From Anaerolineales bacterium (GTDB lineage: Bacteria > Chloroflexota > Anaerolineae > B4-G1 > DUEL01): DNA of 32,528 bases. Within the stretch, counting starts at the first letter, position 1, and each line of letters begins with the position of its first letter. The translations under genes were made by a program, and so were the position numbers. The stretch spans positions 1 through 32,528 of the forward strand of contig DQUX01000240.1 in the NCBI GenBank assembly GCA_015662065.1, in the 5' to 3' direction. This document shows positions 23,233-31,796 of this stretch, in pieces. The notes beneath the pieces were generated by a model, which saw only the letters and a program-made list of their open reading frames with translations, searched no databases and was not told the origin of the DNA.

Positions 23233-24309
23233 TCAGACCGGGGGCGCGCTGGTGCTGCGACGGTCGGTGCTGACCAGGACCTGGCGCAACAGGTCCAGCT
23301 CCTCCAGAACCTTGCCGGCCCCGCGTGCCACACAGGTCATCGAGTCCGGCGCCAGCCAGGTCCGCATATGCGCCTCCTCGCCGATCCGCTCCACCAGCCC
23401 CTTCAACATAGAGCCCCCCCCGGCCAGGCAGATGCCGGTCTCCATCAGGTCGGCGATCAACTCCGGCGGCGTGTTGTCCAACGTCTCTTTGATCAGGTCA
23501 ACGATGATCCCCACCGACCCGGCGAGGGCCTCCCGGATCTCGATGCTGCTCACCTCGATCGCCTCAGGCAGGCCGGTGACCACGTTGCGGCCGCGCAGGA
23601 GCATCGTCTTCTCCTCCGGGAGGGGGTAGGCGGAGCCGATGGCGATCTTCACCCGTTCTGCCGTCCGCTCGCCGACCAGGAGGTTGTACTTCTGGCGGGC
23701 GTAATGGATGATGTCCTCGTCCATCTCGTCGCCGGCCACCCGAAGCGACCGGCTGACGACGATGCCCCCCAGACAGAAGACGGCCACCTCGGTGGTGCCG
23801 CCGCCGATGTCCACGATCATACTCCCCCGAGACTCCATAATAGGCAGACCTACGCCGATGGCAGCCGCCATCGGCTCCTCGATGAGGTAGGCCTCCCGCG
23901 CGCCCGCCGCCAGAGTGGCGTCGTAGACCGCCCGCTTCTCCACCTCGGTGACGCCGCTGGGGATACCGACGACGACGCGGGGGCGGGGAAAGGGGACGAA
24001 GGACTGCTCGTGGGCCTTCTTGACGAAGTAGTCCAGCATCGCCTGGGTGACCTCGAACTCCGAGATGACGCCATCCCGCAGCGGCCGGATGGCGATGATG
24101 TTGGACGGGGTCCGCCCCACCATCTCCTTGGCCTCCGCGCCGATGGCCAGCACCTTCTTGGAACCCCGCTCGATGGCAACCCAGGATGGCTCGTTGATAA
24201 CGATCCCCTTGCCGCGAACAGCGACCAGGGTGTTGGCTGTGCCCAGGTCTATACCGATGTCGAGGGAAAAGAGGCCCAGTAGGGCATCTATAGGATTGAA
24301 CAAGGGCAT
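23233..24309 (-). CDS. mreB: Rod shape-determining actin homologue MreB
   Basis: 358 aa: DIGIDLGTANTLV, DIGGGTTEVAV and GICLAGGGSMLKGL. ATG is preceded by GGTGAGGAG. Confidence 0.95.
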   Translation of the reverse strand: MPLFNPIDALLGLFSLDIGIDLGTANTLVAVRGKGIVINEPSWVAIERGSKKVLAIGAEAKEMVGRTPSNIIAIRPLRDGVISEFEVTQAMLDYFVKKAHEQSFVPFPRPRVVVGIPSGVTEVEKRAVYDATLAAGAREAYLIEEPMAAAIGVGLPIMESRGSMIVDIGGGTTEVAVFCLGGIVVSRSLRVAGDEMDEDIIHYARQKYNLLVGERTAERVKIAIGSAYPLPEEKTMLLRGRNVVTGLPEAIEVSSIEIREALAGSVGIIVDLIKETLDNTPPELIADLMETGICLAGGGSMLKGLVERIGEEAHMRTWLAPDSMTCVARGAGKVLEELDLLRQVLVSTDRRSTSAPPV

Positions 24310-24373
24310 CTCCTCACCGCCTTCAGACGTCCGCCCAGGGCCAAACCGTGCCTTCCCTGGGATCGGCGGGGAG

Positions 24374-24401
24374 ATTATACCACAAATCGGGCGGTTGAGA
24401 A
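24374..24401 (-). promoter_or_regulatory. Extended -10 promoter of the mreBCD-mrdA cluster
   Basis: Minus strand reads TTCTCA (24401-24396), 16 nt spacer, TGG-TATAAT (24382-24374). The 12-mer tgtggtataatc is identical to the sucC promoter (4366-4377). Confidence 0.55.
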
Positions 24402-24418
24402 ACGGGGGTTAACGCTTA

Positions 24419-25174
24419 TTAGAAGAAAAGCTCATGGAAGTCCCGCCCCAGTTCGGTGGGACCTCCAAAGGCGGCGCGAGCCTCCTCCAGCCAGCGGTCG
24501 GACAGGGCGGGGTCGGGCGGGTAGTGAACCAGGACCAGCCGGTCGACGCCGGCCTGCCGAGCCACCTCTCCCGCCTGAGCGGGGCTGGAGTGACCGAGGA
24601 AGACCCCCGTGGCCTCGTGCAGCAGCAGGTCCGCCCCCCTCGCCAGGTCCACCAACGCCGGGCAGGGAGCGGTGTCGGCTGAGTAGGCCATCGCCCGGCC
24701 CGTGCGTCGGTCCTCAAAGCGGAACCCCAACGTGGGCACCAGATGGACCACGGGGGCCGCCGTCACCCGGAGACCCGCCACCTCCACCCCCTCCGCTCCT
24801 CCCTGGGGAGATATCGGTACCGGCACGACAGGGTAGAGTTCCTCCCACCGCTCCCACTGAAAGAGATCCATCATCGCCAACAGCCGATCCAACGTGTCTG
24901 GCAGCCCAAACACGGGCAGCGGCTGCTTGCGGCCCAGGAGCCACAGGTCCACGATGAGAAGGGGTACCCCCGCCACGTGATCGGGGTGGAAATGGGTGAG
25001 GATCAGCCCCTGGAGGCGGTCGAAGGACAGACCTGCCCGGGCCAATCGGGGCATAGGGCTCTCGCCGCAATCCACCAACAGGAACCCACCCTCCCCCTCC
25101 ACCGCCAGGCTGGTGGTGCCGTTCTCCGGGGTCGGAACGGCGGCGGCTGTGCCCAGCAGGATGACACGGGCCAC
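24419..25174 (-). CDS. MBL-fold metallo-hydrolase (RNase Z / beta-lactamase superfamily)
   Basis: 251 aa: ILLGTAAAVP...LLVDCGE and the HxHxDH motif (LTHFHPDHV). The GTG start lies 3 nt after the stop of the upstream permease gene. Confidence 0.8.
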   Translation of the reverse strand: MARVILLGTAAAVPTPENGTTSLAVEGEGGFLLVDCGESPMPRLARAGLSFDRLQGLILTHFHPDHVAGVPLLIVDLWLLGRKQPLPVFGLPDTLDRLLAMMDLFQWERWEELYPVVPVPISPQGGAEGVEVAGLRVTAAPVVHLVPTLGFRFEDRRTGRAMAYSADTAPCPALVDLARGADLLLHEATGVFLGHSSPAQAGEVARQAGVDRLVLVHYPPDPALSDRWLEEARAAFGGPTELGRDFHELFF

Positions 25175-25177
25175 CGG

Positions 25178-26680
25178 CTAGCCCCCGTACACCTTCAGGA
25201 CCAGGAAGGGGGTGATATGGACCTCGATCCAGGCAGCCACGGTCAGCATCGGCAGCACCACTGCCAGGAACAGCTTGATGAAATCGGCCAGGGCCTGGAG
25301 CCATCCCTCACCCACCGTCATTCCCCGAGGCGGAGCGATGAACGTGGCCCCCAGCCGCACCGCCAGGCCGGTGGCGATGAGGGCGGCCGGCAGTTCCAGC
25401 ACCCCGTGAGGCATCACAAAGGTCAAGAGGAAGAGAAACGGATCGTACTCCGCCCAGGCGGCCTGGAACCCCACATAAGCGATGACCGCCAGCGGGGCCA
25501 TCAACAGCGCCACCGCCAGAGAGCCGAAGGAAAAAGTGCCCAGGAGGGCCGCCGCCAGAAGCGAACGGGTGTTGTTCTGCAACACCCCCCAAGTGGTGAA
25601 AGCCGGCAGCCAACTGGTGGTGGAAAGCCCGGTGAAGCTCTCATCCGTGATCGAATCCAAGGCCAGGGAGCCCGCCGGCAATCGGAAACGGACAGCAAAA
25701 TCCCACCCCACCCACACCGCTCCGAGCAGACCCGCCACCACCAGGGCCAGCGCCAGCCAGGAACGGCGCAGCACCGCCGGGACCTCCCGCAGGTATAGCC
25801 CCACCAGCGTCCCCAACCAGCGCCAGGGGCGGGGGACACGGGCCAGGTCGAGGCCGAAGAGCCATCGCTCCCAACCCAGGTGCCGCCGGAACATCCGCCA
25901 CAGGTTGCCCACGTTCAGCTCGTCGATCTCCCGTCCCAACAACTCCTCCCGGTTGAACAGGCGGATCCCCATCCGCACCAGCATCACATCCACCACGATC
26001 AGGAAAGCCAGGACGTCCCACAAGATAGCATTGCCCGCCTGGAGAATGATGATGCTCTCCCCCTGCACCAGCAGGGCCATCGGGATGATGACGAAGCTGG
26101 CCAGCAGATTGGCCGCCCGCACGCTGGTGGTCTGGCTGGAGATGATGACCGCCCCGGAGACCATGACCAGTGCCTCGGCGGCCGTCAGGACCAGGATCTG
26201 GATCAGCAGCACCGAGGAAGGATGCCACCCCTGCCGCCAGAGCACGGCGGTGTACACAGTGATCCCCAGGCAACCCGCCACCAGGGGAAGGAGCAGCGCC
26301 GCGAGGGTCTTGCCCAGGTAGAGCTGAAGGTCCGAAAGCGGGGTCAACAGCAGCGGCTCCAGGCTCCGCCGCTCCTTCTCCCCCACGAAGGTCTCCAGCG
26401 CGATGACCAGGGAGACGGAGACGGGGAAGAACCCCACGACCATCAGCATCAGCGGAAGCAGCCGCCTCTCGATCCCCTCCACCCCCCACCGCTCGTAGAA
26501 CATGTTCTGCGTGCGCACGGTGATGAAATTCATCAGGAGCGGAAAGGCCAGGGTCAGAACGAAGATGGGCAGAAGAATGCGCCAGTCCCGGAGGCTATCC
26601 AGGATCTCCCGCCGGGTGAGGGTCAGCACCTGCCGCCCCCACTCCCGCCCCCTATCCACCCTGGAGGATAGAACGCTCAT
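25178..26680 (-). CDS. ABC-2 (NatB-like) permease fused to a SpoIIM/DUF95-like membrane domain
   Basis: 500 aa from the ATG at 26680 (ATGA overlap with the ATPase stop). The N-terminal half has the NatB-type FVGEKERRSLEPLLLTPLS motif. The C-terminal half has the SpoIIM-type VMPHGVLELPAALIATGLAVRLG motif. Confidence 0.7.
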   Translation of the reverse strand: MSVLSSRVDRGREWGRQVLTLTRREILDSLRDWRILLPIFVLTLAFPLLMNFITVRTQNMFYERWGVEGIERRLLPLMLMVVGFFPVSVSLVIALETFVGEKERRSLEPLLLTPLSDLQLYLGKTLAALLLPLVAGCLGITVYTAVLWRQGWHPSSVLLIQILVLTAAEALVMVSGAVIISSQTTSVRAANLLASFVIIPMALLVQGESIIILQAGNAILWDVLAFLIVVDVMLVRMGIRLFNREELLGREIDELNVGNLWRMFRRHLGWERWLFGLDLARVPRPWRWLGTLVGLYLREVPAVLRRSWLALALVVAGLLGAVWVGWDFAVRFRLPAGSLALDSITDESFTGLSTTSWLPAFTTWGVLQNNTRSLLAAALLGTFSFGSLAVALLMAPLAVIAYVGFQAAWAEYDPFLFLLTFVMPHGVLELPAALIATGLAVRLGATFIAPPRGMTVGEGWLQALADFIKLFLAVVLPMLTVAAWIEVHITPFLVLKVYGG

Positions 26681-27594
26681 CCCGCCTCCTCGACCACCCG
26701 CAGGTACACGGCCTCCAGGCTGCGCGGCACCTCGCTCAGGGTGACGACCGGGACCCCCGCCTCCGCCAGCGCCTGCAAGAGCGGCGGGTTGACTGCCTCC
26801 GGATCCTCGGCCACGTAACGGACCCACCCGGGACCCCACTCTAGGGGGCGCGCGAAACGGGAGACGAGGGACACCACACCGTCGGGGGCAGCCGCCACCC
26901 GCAGCTCCATCACCGGTGGTCCCAGCAGACGGCGCTTCAGCTCGGCGGGGGTACCCAGGGCCACTATCCGCCCCCGTCGGATGATGGCGATGCGATCGGC
27001 CACGATCTCCGCCTCGGCCAGGTTGTGGGTACAGACCAGGATGGCTCGCCGCTCGTCTCGGAGGGAGAGAACGGCGTCCCGCACCAGCTTGGCGCTATGG
27101 GGGTCCATTGCCGACGTGGGCTCGTCCAGCAGGAGCACCGGTGGCTCATGGAGAAGGGCCCGGGCCAGGGCCATCTTCTGCCGCATCCCCTTGGAGAACT
27201 CACCGATCCGCCGATCCCACGCCTCCGGCATAGCGAACTGCTCCAGGAGCTGGCGGGCCCGCTGTTCCCGCGTCTGGCCGTCCAGCCCATAGATGCGACC
27301 GAAGAAATCCAGATACTCCCCACCCTGCATCCGCAGGTAGAGCCCTGGGTGCTCGGTCAGCATCCCCACCCGTCGGCGGACGCCGATGGGGTCCCGGAGC
27401 GTATCGATCCCCGCCACCACGGCATGCCCTCGCGTCGGCCGCAGAAGCGCCGCCAGCATCCGCACCGTCGTCGTCTTCCCGGCCCCGTTGGGGCCCAGAA
27501 GAGCTACGATCTCGCCGGGAGCGACGGAGAAGCTCACCCCATCCACGGCGGTGAACCCGTCAAACTGCTTCGTCAATCCCTCCAACCGGATCAT
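26677..27594 (-). CDS. ABC transporter ATP-binding protein (ABC-2 / DrrA-NatA type)
   Basis: 305 aa from the ATG at 27594 (MIRLEGLTKQF); a GTG at 27618 is the alternative start. Walker A GPNGAGKTT, signature FSKGMRQK, Walker B LLLDEPTSAMD. Confidence 0.9.
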   Translation of the reverse strand: MIRLEGLTKQFDGFTAVDGVSFSVAPGEIVALLGPNGAGKTTTVRMLAALLRPTRGHAVVAGIDTLRDPIGVRRRVGMLTEHPGLYLRMQGGEYLDFFGRIYGLDGQTREQRARQLLEQFAMPEAWDRRIGEFSKGMRQKMALARALLHEPPVLLLDEPTSAMDPHSAKLVRDAVLSLRDERRAILVCTHNLAEAEIVADRIAIIRRGRIVALGTPAELKRRLLGPPVMELRVAAAPDGVVSLVSRFARPLEWGPGWVRYVAEDPEAVNPPLLQALAEAGVPVVTLSEVPRSLEAVYLRVVEEAG

Positions 27595-27624
27595 CACCCA
27601 GCACCCAACATCGAGCACCCAGCT

Positions 27625-30600
27625 TCAAGCATCCGACTCAGCCACCGGCACTGTGAAGGTAAAAGTGCTCCCCATACCCGGCTCGCTCTCCACCCAGATC
27701 CTCCCCCCCTGAAGTTCCACCAGGCTCTTCGTGATCACCAACCCTAGCCCGGTCCCGGGAACGCTCCGCACCACAGGATGCTGAGAGCGGAAGTACTTGG
27801 TGAACAACCGCTCCTGCTCCTCCGGCGTGATGCCGATGCCGGTGTCGGACACGGAGCAACGGATGAAATGGCCATCTACCAGCTCGGCCAGAACGCGGAT
27901 ATGTCCCCCCTCGGGGGTATATCTATAGGCATTGCTGAGCAGATTGACGAGGATCTGGACCAGCCGGTTGCGATCGGCCGCCACTGGCGGAAGGGGGGGG
28001 CTGACCTCCACCTCCAGCGTCTGCCCCTTGGCCTCCACCTCTCGCCTCACCGACCGCACCGCCTCTTCGACCACCTCCTCCATCGCCACCCGGCCGATCT
28101 CCAGCCTCAGCCTCCCGGCCTCGATGCGGGAGATGTCCAACAGGTCCTGTACCAGCGCATCCATCCGGGCTACGTTGGAGCGGATCACCTCCAGGAACGA
28201 CCGTTGTCTCTCCGTCAGCTCGCCCGCCGCGCCCTTCGCCAGCAGATCGGCATACCCCTTGATAGAGGTCATCGGCTGTTTCAGCTCGTGGGAGACGAAG
28301 GAGATGAACTCGGTCTTGGCACTGTTGGCCGCCTGAACCGCCTCAAACAGCCGGGCGTTCTCGATGGAGATGGCAGCATGGTCCGCCAAACGGACGACAA
28401 ACTCCAACCCCTCCTGGTCCAACTGCCCCCTCTGAGAGGACTCCAGGGCGATAACGCCGACGATCTGCTCCTCCCGCCGGATGGGCACCGTCAGTTGAGA
28501 TACCATCCCCGGCACCACCGGCGCATAGTCGGGGTCGGCCGTCACATCCTCCACGAGCTCCGCCTTGCCGGTCCGCACCACCCGGCCCGCCAGCCCCTGC
28601 TCCAGTGGCCAGAGATCCTCCCTGTGGGTGGCGACCAACTCCTCCGGGTAGCCCTGGCTGGAGAGGAAGTGCAACCCCCGTCGCCCCCCCTCAGTCTCCA
28701 CGATGACAGCCACGAGCCCTATGTCGGCCCCCGTCATCCGCACCGCCCAGTCCAGCGTGATCTCCATCACCCGCCGGTAATCCAGCGCAGCGTTGAGCTC
28801 CCGGTCGATGCGCTGCATCATCGAGAGCTCCTCGACCCGGGCGGCCAGCGCCTGATCCGTCATCGTGAAGAGCCGGGCGTTCTCAATGGCGACGGCTGCG
28901 TTGGCGGCGAAGGCCGTCAACAGGTGCCGATCCTCGACGTCAAAGGATTTGCCATCCCGCCGGTTGAGCAGCTCGATGACGCCGATCACCCGCCCCCGGG
29001 CAACCATCGGCACACAGACCACAGAGCGGGTGACAAAATCCGAGCGCTCGTCCAGCCCCGGATACCATCGCTCGTCCCGCCGGACGTCGTCCACGATGAT
29101 GGGGCTGGCCGACTCCGCCACCCGGCCGACGATGCCGACACCCATTGGCAGCCGCATCCCCACCAGGTCGGCCGTCCGCGGCCCGGTGACCACCTGGAAG
29201 ACCAGCTCTCCCGTCTCCTCATCCACCAGGAGCAGCGACCCGGCCTCCGCCCGCAGGAGCTCGATGGCCTTCTGCATGATAAGATCGAGGACGACATCCA
29301 GCTCCAGGGTGGAGGTGATGACGCTCCCCACCTCGTTCAGGGCCTCCAACTGACGCGCCCGCCTCTCCATCACCTGGTACAGACGGGCCTTATCCAGGAT
29401 CGCCGCCGCCTGGTCGGCGATAGCCTTGAAGACCTGAACTTGCTCCTCCGTGTAGACGGTGTCGGGATCGAAGCTGGAGATATTGATCACCCCCAGGATC
29501 CGATCTCGGGCGACGAGGGGTATGCCCATCCAGGCCCTGCCGGGCTTTCCACCCGCCCGGACCCCCCGCCGTCGGCATTCGGTCAGGTAGTCATCGGTGA
29601 CGATGGTCCGCCCGGTTCGGACGATGACGCCGGTAAGCCCCTCTGTGTCCGACCAGACGTCGTCGGGGTAGCGCCGCTCCCCGTTCTCCACATAGAAGGC
29701 AAAGCGGAGGGTCCGCGTCTCGGGATCGTAGAGGGCGATGTAGAAGTTGGTGATGTCCAAAACCCGGCTGGCCTGGGCATAGATCAACTCCAACAGATCA
29801 TCCAGCTCCACCGCATAGCTGACCGACTGCGCGATCAGTCGCAGGGTCTCCAGCTCCCGCAACCGCTGCTCCAGGTCCGAGACCAGGTGAATCCGGTCTA
29901 TAGCGGTCGCAATCTGCGGGGCCAGGGTCTCCACAAACCACACATCGGCAGCACGGAACCGCCGCGCGCGGGTAGGGCCGATCACCATCCACCCTCGCCC
30001 GGAAAGGGGAACGAAGAGCCCTGGTCCCAGCCGGGCCAGCCGTTCCCGCTCCGCCTCCAATCCCACCGGCAGGCCAGCCCCGGCCGTCAGATAGTGAGGT
30101 CCCGCCTTGGCGGTCATCCACCGGGCCAACGGGCCGTCGGACCGGAAACGTACCGGGGGCGGGGCCTCCCCCATCAGCACCTGAGGCACGTACTGCCCGG
30201 TCCGTTGGTCCAGCAGATAGAGCAGGGCATACCGGGGCGCGAGGGCCTTCTCCAGCACCTCCGCGATCGCCGCGGTCACTTCCCCATCCGACCGGGCCGC
30301 CGCCACCTCCTGGGCAAAGCGCTGCAGCGCCTCCTCCGGAGTGACCCGGCGACCCAGCACCGCCCGGTCCACCAGCCGTTGCAGCGCCGTCCGAGCGGGC
30401 TCCCCGCCCAGCGCCACCGACAGCGCGAAGATCACCAGCACCACCGGGTGGAACGGGGAGATCGTCGGCAGGAAGAGCCTCCCCAGACCAGTGAGGAAAA
30501 GGTACAACGCCAACACCCCGATGGCCAGCAACACGTGGGTCGCGGCGCGGCGCACTATACAGTCGATATCCAGCGTGCGGCGACGCAGAAGGGTGTAGCC

Positions 30601-31599
30601 GATGGAGAGGGGGAAGAGGACCAGCCACGGTAGGATAAGCAGCGGGACAAAGGGGACATCCAGGGAACGGGTGACTAACACCCACATCACGTAGGGGCCA
30701 AAGCCCAGCAGCGCCCCCCAAAGGACGGTGCGGGCCTGGGCCCGGACGATAGGCGAGGGAGAGAGGAACCGCCGGGCCGCCATCAGCCCCACCAACCCCA
30801 GCGCGCCTATACCCGCCCATCCCATACCCCAGAACCACGGGTCGAAATAGGCGGTGGGCGCGTCCCAGCGCTTTGTCGCCCCCACCGCAACAACCGCCAC
30901 CGCCACGCCCGGTAGGTAGAATAGGAGCGGCAACCAGCGGACACGACGGAGCAGCCCGACCGGCTCAGGGAAGACCAACGCCAGGTGCAGGCCGAAGCTG
31001 CCAGCCAGCGGGATGGCGGCGACCCAGCCCCACCAGGCCAGATGGGTGGTGAAGGTGTCGAAGAGAAGCCCGCCGATCAGAGCCAGGACAGCACAGAAAG
31101 CGACGAAGATGGGGGTGGCCCTCTCCTCAGGGGCTGCCCGGAGGACCCAGACCCCGATGGTCAGGAAGGCCCAGCCCAGCAGGTTGGGCAGAAGGAAGAA
31201 GTTGAGCAACCCATCTCCCGGTAGGCGGACGAGCCGGACGGCGACCTTCACCCGGCCCCCTTCGGGGTCCTCCGCCGTCAGCACAACCTCGTCCCCCACC
31301 TGATAGTCGGCCAGGGCCTCCACCAGAGCGGTGGTATGCCGGAGGGGCCGACCGTCCAGGGCGACCAACCGTTGCGGGAAGCGAAGCCCGGCCGCGTACC
31401 CCGGCCAATCCAGTCTCCCCATATCGTTGATGATCATCGTGGGCTCGGTGAAGACCCCCGGGAAGGGAAGCCGGGCGGTCCCCCAGCCAACGACGGCAGC
31501 AAAAAGCAGCGCGGCCACAGCCACCAAAAGCGCGGCTACAGCAGCAAAGCGGCCCCCATCGGCCCACTGGCCCCGTTCCAAGCTCGTTAGTCGTTGCAC
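27625..31599 (-). CDS. Large sensor histidine kinase: TM - PDZ-like - 7TM - multiple GAF - HisKA - HATPase_c
   Basis: 1324 aa. PDZ-like AAGLRFPQRLVALDGRPL...VGDEVVLTA after the first TM, then a block of about seven TM helices, then about four GAF-like repeats. H-box FISFVSHELKQPMTSIKGY, N-box LLSNAYRYT, G-boxes DTGIGI and GTGLGL. No receiver domain. The GTG start at 31599 has no convincing Shine-Dalgarno sequence, so the start is uncertain. Confidence 0.85.
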   Translation of the reverse strand: MQRLTSLERGQWADGGRFAAVAALLVAVAALLFAAVVGWGTARLPFPGVFTEPTMIINDMGRLDWPGYAAGLRFPQRLVALDGRPLRHTTALVEALADYQVGDEVVLTAEDPEGGRVKVAVRLVRLPGDGLLNFFLLPNLLGWAFLTIGVWVLRAAPEERATPIFVAFCAVLALIGGLLFDTFTTHLAWWGWVAAIPLAGSFGLHLALVFPEPVGLLRRVRWLPLLFYLPGVAVAVVAVGATKRWDAPTAYFDPWFWGMGWAGIGALGLVGLMAARRFLSPSPIVRAQARTVLWGALLGFGPYVMWVLVTRSLDVPFVPLLILPWLVLFPLSIGYTLLRRRTLDIDCIVRRAATHVLLAIGVLALYLFLTGLGRLFLPTISPFHPVVLVIFALSVALGGEPARTALQRLVDRAVLGRRVTPEEALQRFAQEVAAARSDGEVTAAIAEVLEKALAPRYALLYLLDQRTGQYVPQVLMGEAPPPVRFRSDGPLARWMTAKAGPHYLTAGAGLPVGLEAERERLARLGPGLFVPLSGRGWMVIGPTRARRFRAADVWFVETLAPQIATAIDRIHLVSDLEQRLRELETLRLIAQSVSYAVELDDLLELIYAQASRVLDITNFYIALYDPETRTLRFAFYVENGERRYPDDVWSDTEGLTGVIVRTGRTIVTDDYLTECRRRGVRAGGKPGRAWMGIPLVARDRILGVINISSFDPDTVYTEEQVQVFKAIADQAAAILDKARLYQVMERRARQLEALNEVGSVITSTLELDVVLDLIMQKAIELLRAEAGSLLLVDEETGELVFQVVTGPRTADLVGMRLPMGVGIVGRVAESASPIIVDDVRRDERWYPGLDERSDFVTRSVVCVPMVARGRVIGVIELLNRRDGKSFDVEDRHLLTAFAANAAVAIENARLFTMTDQALAARVEELSMMQRIDRELNAALDYRRVMEITLDWAVRMTGADIGLVAVIVETEGGRRGLHFLSSQGYPEELVATHREDLWPLEQGLAGRVVRTGKAELVEDVTADPDYAPVVPGMVSQLTVPIRREEQIVGVIALESSQRGQLDQEGLEFVVRLADHAAISIENARLFEAVQAANSAKTEFISFVSHELKQPMTSIKGYADLLAKGAAGELTERQRSFLEVIRSNVARMDALVQDLLDISRIEAGRLRLEIGRVAMEEVVEEAVRSVRREVEAKGQTLEVEVSPPLPPVAADRNRLVQILVNLLSNAYRYTPEGGHIRVLAELVDGHFIRCSVSDTGIGITPEEQERLFTKYFRSQHPVVRSVPGTGLGLVITKSLVELQGGRIWVESEPGMGSTFTFTVPVAESDA

Positions 31600-31643
31600 T
31601 TCGTCTATTCCACGCTCCGGCTTGGCCGTCCGGCGCGCTCTCT

Positions 31644-31672
31644 ATTCTAGCACGTTCCAGAGCAAAAGTCCA
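31644..31672 (-). promoter_or_regulatory. Candidate extended -10 promoter of the histidine-kinase operon
   Basis: Minus strand reads TGGACT (31672-31667), 17 nt spacer, TGC-TAGAAT (31652-31644). It lies about 45 nt upstream of the GTG at 31599. Confidence 0.35.
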
Positions 31673-31696
31673 TAGCAGCCCGTTTTTGTTCTTACT

Positions 31697-31778
31697 ACGG
31701 AGACGCGGAGAACACAGAGTCTTCACGGAGAAACCGGGACTTCTCACCATTTCTCCGTGTCCTCCGTGCCTCCGTGGT
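31697..31778. repeat. Inverted arrays of CGGAGA-type 8-10 nt units forming a long imperfect hairpin
   Basis: Forward units acggagacg / cggagaaca / ... / cacggagaaa, then inverted units tttctccgtg / tcctccgtg / cctccgtg. The perfect 10-bp core is cacggagaaa (31724-31733) paired with tttctccgtg (31750-31759). Confidence 0.8.
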
Positions 31779-31796
31779 GTTTAGCCTGCCGTAAGA

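Noticed and set aside
21944-24282. Plus-strand ORFs of 422 aa (21944..23212) and 357 aa (23209..24282).
   Set aside because: They are antisense to mreD/mreC and mreB respectively. MreB identity on the minus strand is unmistakable.
24743-26671. Plus-strand ORFs of 351, 279 and 263 aa, and minus-strand alternative-frame ORFs over the permease gene.
   Set aside because: These are shadow frames of the MBL and permease genes, with Arg/Gly/Pro/His-rich translations and no start-site support.
26681-26839. Longer start for the permease (track ORF from 26839).
   Set aside because: The 53-codon Gly/Arg/Pro extension lies inside the ATPase gene. The ATG at 26680 forms an ATGA coupling with the ATPase stop.
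27778-30633. 951-aa plus-strand ORF.
   Set aside because: It is antisense to the histidine kinase, whose GAF, HisKA and HATPase motifs are unambiguous on the minus strand. The plus-strand product is low-complexity (H/P/R/G/D-rich).
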